From assembly GCF_009914755.1 (NCBI RefSeq), contig NC_060940.1: DNA of 64,000 nucleotides; one strand, given 5' to 3'. This DNA comes from the human T2T-CHM13v2.0 reference genome, Homo sapiens. The notes under the pieces are model-generated. The model was given only the letters and a program-made list of their open reading frames with translations, searched no databases and was not told the origin of the DNA. The position numbers were made by a program, and so were the translations under genes. This document shows positions 15,401-29,000 of this stretch, piece by piece. Positions within the stretch are counted from its first letter, which is position 1; the number at the start of each line of letters is the position of its first letter.

Positions 15401-16469
15401 CATTCAACAGTTCCATCCGAGTCCATTCGATGATTCCATTCGATTCCATTTGATGATTCCATTTGAGTCCATTTAATCATTACAGTCGAGTCCATTTGGT
15501 GATTCCACTGGATTTCTTTTGATAATGATACCATTCAATTACATTTGATGATGATCCCATTCAATTTCATTTGATGATGATTCCATTAGAGTCCATTCCA
15601 TGATTTCATTCGAGTCCCTTCATTGATTCCATCCGATTTCATTTCATGATGACTCCATTCGAGTCCATTCGATGATTCCACTCGATTCCATTAGATGATT
15701 CCATTGGAGTCCATTTGATTGTTCCATTCGATTCCATTCGATTCCTTTCGAAGATTATTCCATTTGAGTCCATTCGATGATGATTCCATTCCATTCCATT
15801 CGATGATTCCGTTTGATTCCATTCGATGATTCCCTGCGATTCCTTTCTATGATGATTCCATTCCATTCCATTCAATGATTCCATTCGAATCTATTCCATG
15901 ATGATTCCTTTCGATTCCATTCGCTGATGTTTCCGTTCAATTCCATTCGATGATGATTCCATTCGATTCCATTCATTGAGGATTCCATTGGATTCCATTC
16001 AATGATGATTCCATTCTATTCCATTCAATGATTGCATTCAATTCCATTCAATGATTATGCCATTAGAGTAAATTCAACGATTCCATTCAATACCATTCGA
16101 TGATGATTCCTTTTGAGTCCATTCAATGATTTCATTCAAGTCCATTTGATGATTCCTTTCAATTCCATTCCATGATGATTCCATTCGAGTCCATTCGATG
16201 ATTCCATTCGATTGCATTCGATGATTCCATTATATTCCATTCAACGATGATTCCATTCGAGTCCATTCGATGATTCCATTAGAGTACATATAATGATTGC
16301 TTTGTTTTCAATTCGAAGATGATTACATTGGATTCCATTCTATGATTCCATTCGATTCCATTCATTGATGATTCCACCCGATTCCATTCGATGATGATTC
16401 CACTCAAATCCATTGGATGATTCCATTCGTTTCCAATTGGTGATTTCATTAGATTCCATTCGAGGATGA

Positions 16470-18480
16470 TTCTATTCGAGTCCATTCAATGATTCCATTG
16501 GATTCCGTTTGATAATGATTCCATTAGAGTTCATTCGATGATTCCCTTCGAGTCCATTCGATTATTTCTTTTGATTCCATTTGATGATGATTCCATTCGA
16601 TTCCATTCAATGATTCCATTCCATTCCATTCGATGATGATTCCATTCGATAATGATTACATTCGAGCCCATGTGATGATTCCATTAGATTCTATTCAATG
16701 ATGATTCCATTCGACCACATTCGATGATGGCATTCGAGTCCATTCGATGATTTCACTCGATTCCACTTGATGATGATTCCTTTTGAGTCCATTTGATGAT
16801 TACATTCGAGTCCATGAGATGACTCCATTCGATTCCATTTCATGATGATGCAATTCGAGGCTATTCGATCATCCCATTTTAGTGCATTCGGTGATTCTCT
16901 TTTATTACATTCGATGAGGGCTCCATTCGAGTCCATTCAATGATTCCATTAGATTCCACTCGATGATGATTCCATTTGAGTCCATTCAAAGATTCCTTTC
17001 GAGTCCATTCGATAATTCTATTGGATTCCACTAGGTGATGATTCCTTTCGAGTCAATTCGATGATTCCTTTCAAGTGCCTTCAATGATTCCATTCGATTC
17101 CATTCGATGACGATTCATTTCAAGTCCATTCAATGGTTCCATTCTGTTGAATTTGATGGTTCCATTTGATTCCATTCGATGATGATTCCATTCGTGTCCA
17201 TTGGATGATTCCATTCGATTCCTTTCGAGGAAGATTCCATTCGACTCCATTCGATGATTCCGTTCGATTCCATTCCATGATGATTCCATTTGATTCCATT
17301 CCATGATTCCATTCGATACCATTCGATGATGATTCCATTCGACTCCATTTGATGAATCCATTCAATGCTTCCATTCGAGTCCATTCGATGATTCCATTCG
17401 ATTCCATTCCATGAAGATTCCATTCGAGTACATTTGATGATTCCATTTAATTCCATAGGATGATGATTCTATTAGGGTCCGTTGACTATTCCATTCAATT
17501 CCATTCGAAGATTCCATTCGAGTCCACTCGATGATTCTATTTGATTCCATTTGATAATTCCATTCGATTCCATTTGATGTTGATTCCATTCGAGTCCATT
17601 CGATCATTATTACATTTGATTCTATTCGATGATTCCATTCGATTCCATTTGATGAGGATTCCATTCGAGACCATTTGATGATTCCATTCAATTCCATTGG
17701 ATGATTCCAATATTTTCCATTAGATGATGATTCCATTCGATTCCATTCAATGATGATTCCATCAGAATCCATTCGATGATGACTCCTTTTGCTTCCATTC
17801 AATGATCATTACATTCGGTTCCATTCGATGATGATTCCTTTGGATTCCATTCGATGATGCTTCCATTCGATTCCATTTGATGATGATTCTTTTCGATTCC
17901 ATTTGATGATGATTCCATTTGATTCCATTCGATGGTGATTCCATTTGATGATTCCATTCGATTGTATTCGATGATGATTCCACTCGATTCTATTTGATGA
18001 TGACTGCATTCGATTCCATTTGATGATTCCATTTGATTCCATTCGATGATGATTCTGATCAATTGCATTCGATGATCCATTCGATTCCATTTGATGGTTC
18101 CATTTGATTCCATTTGATAATGATTCCTTTCGAGTCCATTCGATGATTCCATTTGCGGATATTCGATAATTCCATTTGAGTCCAACCGATGATTCCATTC
18201 GAGGCCATTCAATCATTCTTTTTGAGTCCTTTCGATAAAGATTCCATTTTAGTCCATTCAATAATTCCACTGGAGTCCATTCGATGATTGCTTTTAATTC
18301 CATTCGATGATATTCCATTCGAGTCCATTCGATGATTCCATTCGTTGCTATTAGATGATGATTCCATTCATGACCATTTGGTGATTCCATTCGATTTCAT
18401 TCGTTGATGATTCCATTCGAGTCCATTCCATGATTCCATTCAAGTCCATTTGATGATTTCTTTGAATTCAATTCGATGAT
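16470..18480 (+). repeat. Diverged HSat2 block present only once in the window
   Basis: K-mers such as GATGCAATTCGAGGCTATTC, GATGAGGGCTCC, ATTAGGGTCCGTTGACTA and TTTGCGGATATTCG, and pseudo-ORFs 16691-18390, have no near-identical counterpart that I could find. The block is still built from HSat2 monomers. Confidence 0.75.
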
Positions 18481-19910
18481 GATTCCATTCGAGTCCATTC
18501 GATGATTCCATTCAGTTCCATTCGATGATGATTCCTTTCGAGACCATATGATGATTCCATTTGATTTCATTCGATGATGATTCCATTCGATTCCATTCGA
18601 TGATTCCATTCTATTCCATTCGATGATGATTCCATTCGAGTCCATTTAATGATTCCATTGGGTTCAATTCAATGATGATTACATTGGATTCTCTTCTATG
18701 ATACCATTCAATTCCGTTCATTGACAATTTGATTCCATTCGATGATGATTCCATTTGAGTTCATTCGATGATTCTATTCGATTCTCTTCGATGGTGATTC
18801 AATTCTATTATATTGGATGATTCCATTCGATTCCATTTGATGTTGATTCAATTCGATTCTATTCGATGATGATTCCATTGGATTTCATTTGATGATTCTA
18901 TTCGATTCCATTCAATGATGATTCACTTCTCGTCCATTGGATGATTCCATTTCATTCCATTCGATGATGATTCCATTCGATTCCATTCGATGATTCCATT
19001 TGATTCCATTCGACGGTGAGCAATTCGATTCAATTCCATGATGATTCTATTTGATTCAGTTAGATGATGTTTCCATTCGAATCCATTCCATGATTATTCC
19101 ATTGGAATCCATTCGGCGATGATTCCATATGAGTCAATTCAATGATGCTTCCATATGGGTCAGTTCGATGATAATTCCATTTGATTTCATTCGATGCTTC
19201 TATTCAATTCCAGTCGATGATGATTCCGTTGGAGTCCATACGATGACTCCATTTGATTTCATTTGATGATGATTCCATTCGATTCCATTCGATGACTCCA
19301 TTCTGTTCCATTCGATGATGATTCCATTCGAGTCCATTCGATGATTCCATTCGAGTCCATTTCATGATTCCATTGGGTTCAATTCGATGATGATTACACT
19401 GGATTCCATTCTATGATTCCATTCAATTCCATTCGTTGATGATTCGATTCCATTCAATGATGATTCCATTTGAGTTCATTCGATGATTCTATTCGATTCC
19501 GTTCGATGGTGATTCAATTCTATTATATTGGATGATTCCATTCGATTCCATTTGATGATGATTCCATTCGATTCCATTCGATGATGATTCCATTTGATTC
19601 CATTTGATGTTGATTCTATTCGATTCTATTCAATGATGATTCCATTCGATTTCATTTGATGATTCTATTCGATTCCTTTCGATGATTCTATTCCATTCCA
19701 TTCGATGATGATTCAATTCTCTTCCATTGGATGATTCCATTTTATTCCATTCGACGATGACTCCATTTGATTCCATTCAATGATGATTCCATTCGATTCC
19801 ATTCGGTGATTCCATTTGATTCCATTCGACGGTGAGCAATTTGATTCAATTCCATAATGATTCTATTTGATTCAATTAGATGATGTTTCCATTCGAATCC
19901 ATTCGGTGAT

Positions 19911-21586
19911 GATTCCATTGGTATCCATTCGACCATGATTCCATATGAGTCAATTCGATGATGATTCCATACGAGTCCGTTGGATGATAATTCCATTTGA
20001 TTTCATTCAATCCTTCTATTCGATTCCATTTGATGATGATTCCATCTGAATCCATTCTCCGATTCCATTCGATTTCATTCGATGCTTCTATTTGATTTCA
20101 TTCGAAGATGATTCCTTTCAATTCCGTTCATTAATTCCATTTGATTCCATTCGATGATGATTCCATCCGATTCCATTGGATGATGATTCCATTCGAGTCC
20201 ATTCGATGATTCCGTTCTAATCCATTCTATGATTCCATTTGAGTCCATTCGATGATTCCATTCGATTCCATTCAGTGATGATTCCATTTGATTCCATCTG
20301 ATGATGATTTCATTTGATTCCATTCGATGATGATTCCATTGGAGTCCATTGAATGATTCAATTCAATTCCATTCCATGTGGATTCCATTCGAATTCATTC
20401 GATTATTCCCTTCAAATACCTTCGTTGATTCCATCTGATTCCACTTGACGATGATTCCATTCAAGTCCAATCGATGATTCCATTCGGTTCCATTCAATGA
20501 TTCCATTCGAGTCCATTTATGTATTATATTCGTGTCCACTTGATGACTCCATTCAATTCCATTTAATGATGATTCCATTTGATTCCATTTGATGATTCAG
20601 TTCGATTCCTTACAATGATTCCCTACGATTCCTTTCTATGATGATTCCATTCGATTCCATTCATTGATGATTCCATTCGACTCCATTCGATGATGATTCC
20701 TTTCGATTCCATTTGACGATGTTTCCATTTGAGTCCATTCGATGATGATTCCATTGGTATCCATTCGACGATGATTCCATATGAGTCAATTCGATGATGA
20801 TTCCATACGAGTCCGTTGGATGATAATTCCATTTGATTTCATTCAATCCTTCTATTCGATTCCATTTGATGATGATTCCATCTGAATCCATTCTCCGATT
20901 CCATTCGATTTCATTCGATGCTTCTATTTGATTTCATTCGAAGATGATTCCTTTCAATTCCATTCATTAATTCCATTTGATTCCATTCGATGATGATTCC
21001 ATCCGATTCCATTGGATGATGATTCCATTCGAGTCCATTCGATGATTCCGTTCTAATCCATTCTATGATTCCATTCGAGTCCATTCGATGATTCCATTCG
21101 ATTCCATTCAGTGATGATTCCATTTGATTCCATCTGATGATGATTTCATTTGATTCCATTCGATGATGATTCCATTGGAGTCCATTGAATGATTCAATTC
21201 AATTCCATTCCATGTGGATTCCATTCGAATTCATTCGATTATTCCATTCAAATCCCTTCGTTGATTCCATCTGATTCCACTTGACGATGATTCCATTCAA
21301 GTCCAATCGATGATTCCATTCGGTTCCATTCAATGATTCCATTCGAGTCCATTTATGTATTATATTCGTGTCCACTTGATGACTCACTCCATTCAATTCC
21401 ATTTAATGATGATTCCATTTGATTCCATTTGATGATTCAGTTCGATTCCTTACAATGATTCCCTACGATTCATTTCTATGATGATTCCATTCGATTCCAT
21501 TCATTGATGATTCCATTCGACTCCATTCGATGATGATTCCTTTCGATTCCATTTGACGATGTTTCCATTTGAGTCCATTCGATGAT
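19911..21586 (+). repeat. Local tandem duplication, 836 bp + 840 bp
   Basis: GATTCCATTGGTATCCATTCGAC occurs at 19911 and 20747, and pseudo-ORFs 20075/20911 are identical. The offset becomes 840 after a 4-bp insertion (GACTCACTCC vs GACTCC) at ~21383. Confidence 0.9.
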
Positions 21587-24500
21587 GATTCAATTCAGTT
21601 CTGTTCTATTGTGAATCCATTCGATTTCATTCAATGCTTCTATTTGATTCCATTCGACGATGATTCCATCTCTTTCCCTTCGATGATTCCATTTGATTCC
21701 ATTCAGTGATGATTCCATTTGATTCCATCTGATGATGATTTCACTTGATTCATTTCAATGATGATTCCATTCAAGTCCATTCGATGATTCCATTGGAGTC
21801 CAAACGATCATTCCATTCGATTCCATTCAATGATGATTCCATTCATGTCCATTCAATGATTCCTTTCAATTCCATTCGATGATGACTCCATTCGAGTACA
21901 TTCGATGATTCCATTTGATTCCATTTGATGATGATTACATTCAATTCCATTCGAAGATGATTCCATTCAATTCCACTTGATGATGATTCCGTATGAATCC
22001 ATTCGCTGATTATTCCATTCGATTCCATTCATTGACGATTCCATTCGATTCCATTCAATGATGATTCTCTTCTATTGCATTCGATGATTCCGTTCGATTC
22101 CATTCGATGATGATTCCATTAGATTCCATTCGATTGTTGCATTCGATTCCCTTCGATGATGATTCCTTTGAATTCCATTCGATTATGATTCCGTATGAAT
22201 CCATTTGATGATTATTCCATTGGATTCCTTTCGATGATGATTCCATTCGATTCCATTTGATGATGTTTCTCATGTATTCCATTTGATAATTCCTTTCAAT
22301 TCCCTTCGATGATGATTCTTTCGAGTCAATTCGATGATTCTATTCCATTCCCTTCGATGATGATTCCATTTCACTCCATTCGATGATTCCATTCGATTCA
22401 ATTTGGTGATGATTCAATTCGATGACATTCGATGACTCCATTCAATTTCATTTGATGATGATTACATTCGAGTCCATTTGATGATTGTATTCCTTTCCTT
22501 TTGATGATTATTCCATTCGTGTCTATTCAAAGATTCCATTCTATTCCATTCAATGATGATTCCAATTGATTCCATTCAATGATTATGGCTATCGATTCCA
22601 CTCGTTGATTCCATTTGATTCCATTCGATGATTATTCCGTTAGATTCCATTAGGAGATTCCATTCGATTTTATTCAATGATTCCAATTGATTCCATTCAA
22701 TGATGATTCCATTCCACTCCGTTCAGTGATTCCATTTGAGTCCATTTGAGGATTCCATTCGAGTCCATTTGATGATTCCATTCTTTTCCATTTGATGATG
22801 ATTCCATTAGGGTCCATTCAATGATTCCATTCGAGTCCATTCGTTAATGCCTTTCGAGTCCTTTTGATCACTACATTCGAGTCCATTCAATGATTCTATT
22901 CGATTCCATTCCATGATGATTCCATTCGAGTTCATTCGATGATTGCATTCGAGTCCATTTGATGATTCCATATGATTCCATTCGACAATGATTCCATTCG
23001 TGTCCATTTGATGATTCCATTCATTTCCTATCGATGAAGATTCCATTCGAGTGTATTCGATGATTCCATTCAAATCCATTCGATGATGATTCCATTCCAG
23101 TCCATTCGATCATTCCACTTGATTCCATTTGATGACTATTCCATTCAAATCCATTTGATGATTCCATTCGATTCCATTCGATGTTACCATTCCAGTATAT
23201 ACGATGATTCCACTCGATTCCATTTGATGATTATTCCATTGGAGTCGACTTAGTGAATCCTTTAGATTCTACTCGAAGATGATTCCATTCGAGTCCATTC
23301 GATGATACCATTCAATTCCATTCGTTGATGCTTCCATTCAAGTGCATTCGATGATATCATTCGATTCCATTTGATGATAATTCCATTTGATTCCATGTGA
23401 TGATTCTATTCCATTCCATTCAATGATAATTCCATTCAATTCAGTGATTCCTCTGGACTCCATTTGATGATGATTCCATTCAATGATTCCATTCGATTCT
23501 ATTCGAAAATGATTCCATTTGAATCCATTTGATGATGATTCCATTCGATTCCATTTGATGATTCCATTCGATTCCATTCGACGATGATTCCATTCGATTC
23601 CATTTGATGATTCCATTCTATTCTATTCGATGATGATTCCATTCGATTCCATTCGATGATGATTGGATTCGATTCCATTTGATGATTTCATTTGATTCCA
23701 TTCGATGATGATTTCGATCAATTCCATTCGATGATTCCATTCGATTCCATTTGATAATGATTACATCCGAGTCCATTCGATGATTCCATTTGAGCCCGTT
23801 CGATAATTCCATTTGAGTCCAATCAATGATTCCATTCATTTCCATTCAATGATTCCATTCGAGTCCATTTGATCATTCCGGTAGGGTCCGTTCGATGTTG
23901 ATTCCATTGGAGTGCATTCGATGATTCCATTCGAGTCCATTTTAGGATTTGATTCGAGTCCTTTCGATGATTCCATTCGATTCCACTCGATGCGATGATG
24001 ATTTCATTCGAGTCCATTCGACACTTCCAATCGATTCCATTTGATGTTTCCATTCGAGTCCAATTGATGATTCCATTCAATTCCATTCGATGATGATTCC
24101 GTAGGATTCCATTCTGTGATGATTCCATGTGATTGCATTCAATGATGATTCCTTTCGATTGCATTCGATTATGATTCATTTCGTGTTCATTCTATGGTTC
24201 CACAGGTTTCACATCGTGTCCATTCCATTATTCCATTCTATTCCATTTGATGATGATTCCATTCGATTCCATTCATTGGTGATTCCACTCAATTCCATTC
24301 AATGATTCCATTCCATTTCTTTCAACAATGATTCCATTAGTTTCTAATCGATGATCCACTTGATTCCATTTGACGATGATTCCATTCTTGTCCATTCGAT
24401 GATTCCATTTGATTCCATATGATGATGATTCCATTCGATTCCATATGATGATGATGCCATTCGAGTCCATTCAATGGTGATTCCATTCAATTCCATTCGG

Positions 24501-27500
24501 TGATTCCTTTCGATTCCATTTGATGATGATGGCATTTGATTCCTTTCAATCATTCCCTTTGATTCCACTCAAAGTTGATTTCATTCAAGTCCATTCGATA
24601 ATTGCATTCGATTCCATTCTATGATGATTCCATTCGAGTCCATTTGATGATTCCATTCAATTCAAGTCAATGATGTTTCCATTCGATTCCATTCGATGAT
24701 TCCATTGGATTCCATTCGATGATGATTCCATTCAAATCCATTCGATAATTCAATTCACGTCCATTCGATGATGATTCCAATCGAATCCATTCAAAGATTC
24801 CATTCAATTCCATTCGATGATTCCCTTAGATTCCATTCGATGATTCCACTTGATTGCATTTACGATGATTCCATTCGATTCCATGTGATGATTCCATTCA
24901 ATTCTATTCAATGATGTTTCCATTTGATTCCATTCGACCATGATTGCCTTTGATTCCATTCAATGATTCCATTCGGTTCCGTTTGATGATGATTCCGTTC
25001 GATTCCATTTGATGATTCCATTTGATTCCATTGGATGAGTCCATTCGATTACATTCGATGATTATTCCATTCGAGTGCATTAGATGATTCCATTCGAGTC
25101 CATTCGATGATTCCATTCGAGTCCATTCGATGTTGATTCTGTTCAAATCCATTCGATGATTCCACTCGATTCCATTCGATGACTCCATTTGATCCCATTC
25201 GATGATTTCCTTTGATTCCCTTTGATGATCATTCCATTTGATTCAATTCGGTGATTTCATTGGATTCCATTCAGTGATGTTTCCATTCGACTCCATTCGA
25301 TGATGATTCCATTCGACTATATTCGATTATGATTTCATTCAATTCCATTCGATAAAGATTCCCTTCGAGTCCAATCGATGATTCCATTCGATTCCATACA
25401 ACGATGATTTGATTCGTGTCCATTCGATGATTCCATTTGATTCCACTTGATGAGGATTCCATTCGACTCCATTTGATGATTCCATTCAATTCCATTCTCC
25501 GATGATTTCTTTTGAGCCCATTCAATGCTTCCACTCGATTACATATGATGATGACTCCATTCGATGAAACTCGATGATGATTCCATTCGCTTGCTTTCGA
25601 TGATGATTCCACTTGAGTCCGTTAGAAGATTCTATTCAATTACATTCCATGACGATTCTGTTCGAGTCCATTTGATGATTCCATTACACTCCATTCGACA
25701 ATGATTCCATTCAATGTTATTCGATGATTCCATTCGATCTCATTCGATGATGATTCCATTCAACTCCATTCGATGTTTCCATTCGAGTTCATTCTATTAT
25801 TCCATTAGATTCCATTCGATGATGATTCCATTCGATTCCATTTGATGATTGCATTCTATTTCATTTGATGATGATTCCATTCGAGTCCATTCGATGATTC
25901 CATTCGAGTCCATTTAATGAATCCATTGGTTTCAATTCTATGATGATTATATTGGATTCCATTCGTTGATGATTTCATTCGATTCCATTCAATGATGATT
26001 CCATTCAATTCCATTCAATGATTCCATTCAATTCCATACGATGATGATTCCATTTGATTTGATTCAACAGTGAGCCATTCGATTCAATTCCATGATGATT
26101 CTATTTGATTCACTTGGTTGACATTTCCATTCGGTTCCATTCGATGATGATTCCATTTGATTCCATTCAAAGATGATTCCATTCTAGCCCATTCAATCAT
26201 TCCATTCGATTCTATTCAATGATGATTCCATTCATGTCGATTTGGTGATTCCATTTGACTTCATTTGATGATGATTCCTTTCAAGTTCATTAGATGATTC
26301 CATTCGATTCCATTTGATGATGATCCCATTCGAGTCCATTCAGTGATTCCACTCGTTTCCATTCCATGATGATTCCATTCCATTCCATTCAATGATTCCA
26401 TTCGATTCCGTTTGATGATGATTTCATTCGAGTCCATTTGATGATTCCATTTGATTCCATTCGATGATGATTCCATTCGAGTCCATTCGATGATTCTATT
26501 CGAATCCATTTGATGATTTCTTTTGATTATAGTTGGTGATGATTCCATTGGAGTCCATTCAATGATTCCATTTGATTCCAATCGATGGTGGTTCCATTAG
26601 AGTCCATTTAATGATTCCATTTGATTCCAGTCTCTGATGTTTACATTCGAGTCCATACGATGATTCCACTCAATTCCATATGATGATGATTCCATTCGAT
26701 TCCATTCGATGATTCCATTCTATTCTATTCAAAGGTGATTCCATTCGAGTACATTAGATGATTCCATTCGATTCCATTCAATGATGATTCTATTTGTGTC
26801 CCTTAGATGATTCCACATGATTCCATTAGATGATGATACTATTTGAGCCCATCCAATGATTCCCTTCGATTCCATTCGATGAGGATTCCATTCGATTCAA
26901 TTCATTGGTGATTCTATTCAATTCAATTCTTTGATTCAATTCCATTCCATTCGACAATGATTCCATTCGATTTCTTTCGATGATTCCACTCAATTTCACT
27001 TGACATTGATTCCATTCGATTCCATTCAATGATTCCATTTGATTCCAGTGGATGATGATTGCCGTCGATTCCATTCGATCACTCCATTCTGTTCCATTTG
27101 ATGATGATTACATTCGATTCCATTTGATGATTCCATCTGATTCTATTCGAGGATTCCATTTGATTCCATTCGATGATGATTCCATTCGAGTCCATTCGAT
27201 GATTTCATTCGAGTACATCCAATGATTCCATTCGAGTCCATTTGATGATTCCATTTCATTCCATTTGATTATGATTCTACTAGAGTCCATTCAATGACTC
27301 CATTCGAGTCCATTCAACAGTTCCATCCGAGTCCATTCGATGATTCCATTCGATTCCATTTGATCATTCCATTCGAGTACATTTAATCATTACAGTCGAG
27401 TCCATTTGGTGATTCCACTGGATTTCTTTTGATAATGATACCATTCAATTACATTTGATGATGATCCCATTCAATTTCATTTGATGATGATTCCATTAGA

Positions 27501-28309
27501 GTCCATTCCATGATTTCATTCGAGTCCCTTCATTGATTCCATCCGATTTCATTTCATGATGACTCCATTCGAGTCCATTCGATGATTCCACTCGATTCCA
27601 TTAGATGATTCCATTGGAGTCCATTTGATTGTTCCATTCGATTCCATTCGATTCCTTTCGAAGATTATTCCATTTGAGTCCATTCGATGATGATTCCATT
27701 CCATTCCATTCGATGATTCCGTTTGATTCCATTCGATGATTCCCTGCGATTCCTTTCTATGATGATTCCATTCCATTCCATTCAATGATTCCATTTGAAT
27801 CTATTCCATGATGATTCCTTTCGATTCCATTCGCTGATGTTTCCGTTCAATTCCATTCGATGATGATTCCATTCGATTCCATTCATTGAGGATTCCATTG
27901 GATTCCATTCAATGATGATTCCATTCTATTCCATTCAATGATTGCATTCAATTCCATTCAATGATTATGCCATTAGAGTAAATTCAACGATTCCATTCAA
28001 TACCATTCGATGATGATTCCTTTTGAGTCCATTCAATGATTTCATTCAAGTCCATTTGATGATTCCTTTCAATTCCATTCCATGATGATTCCATTCGAGT
28101 CCATTCGATGATTCCATTCGATTGCATTCGATGATTCCATTATATTCCATTCAACGATGATTCCATTCGAGTCCATTCGATGATTCCATTAGAGTACATT
28201 TAATGATTGCTTTGTTTTCAATTCGAAGATGATTACATTGGATTCCATTCTATGATTCCATTCGATTCCATTCATTGATGATTCCACCCAATTCCATTCG
28301 ATGATGATT

Positions 28310-29000
28310 CCATTCGATTTCAATGATTCTACTCGATTCCATTCAATGATGATTCAATTCTATTCCGTTTGATGATTCCATTAGATTCCATTCTATGATG
28401 ATTCCATTCGAGTCCATTCGAAGATTTCATTCGATTACATTCCATGACGATTCCATTCGAGTCCATTCGATGATTCCATTTGAATCCATTCGACGATGAT
28501 TCCATTTGATGCTATTCGATGATTCCATTGGATTCCATTCGATGATGATTCCATTCGACTTGATTTGATGTTTCTATTTGAGTCCATTCGGTTATTTTAT
28601 TAGACTACATTCGATGATGATTCCATTCGATGCCATTCAGTGGTTCCATTTGATTCCACTCAATGATGATTGCATTCGTGTCCATTCGATGATTCCATTT
28701 GGTTCCATTTGATGATGATTCCATTCGAGTCCATTCGATGATACCATTCAATTCCATTCGATGATCATTCCATTCGAATCCATTTGATGATTCCACTCAA
28801 TTCCATTTGATGACTCCTTTCATTCCCATTCGATGATTCCCTTCAGTTCCAATTGGATGATCTTTCCATTTGATTCAATATGGTGACTCCATTCTATTAT
28901 ATTCAATGATGATTCCATTCGACTCCATTAGATGATGACTTCATTCCATTCCATTCGATTGTGATTTCATTCGATTCCATTCGAAGATGATTCCATTCGA
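28310..29000 (+). repeat. Second single-copy diverged HSat2 block, part of a ~3.6-kb variant unit
   Basis: Contains unique k-mers (GGTTATTTTATTAGACTAC, CTTCAGTTCCAATTGGATGATCTTTCC). Flanking landmarks recur at +3655 and +3632 (26261/29916, 27549/31181). Confidence 0.72.

Larger units (their letters stand above)
10874..22806 (+). repeat. 11,933-bp long higher-order unit containing segments absent from the 6.1-kb unit
   Basis: Offset 11933 for 9266/21199, 9910/21843, 10874/22807, 11405/23338 and 12411/24344. It becomes 11910 after a 23-bp indel near 13180 (13361/25271, 14351/26261, 15639/27549). Confidence 0.88.

Noticed and set aside
17809-18390. Longest ORF (193 aa), in the single-copy block
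   Set aside because: Same satellite peptide vocabulary, with overlapping ORFs in the other two minus frames. The length is plausible by chance.
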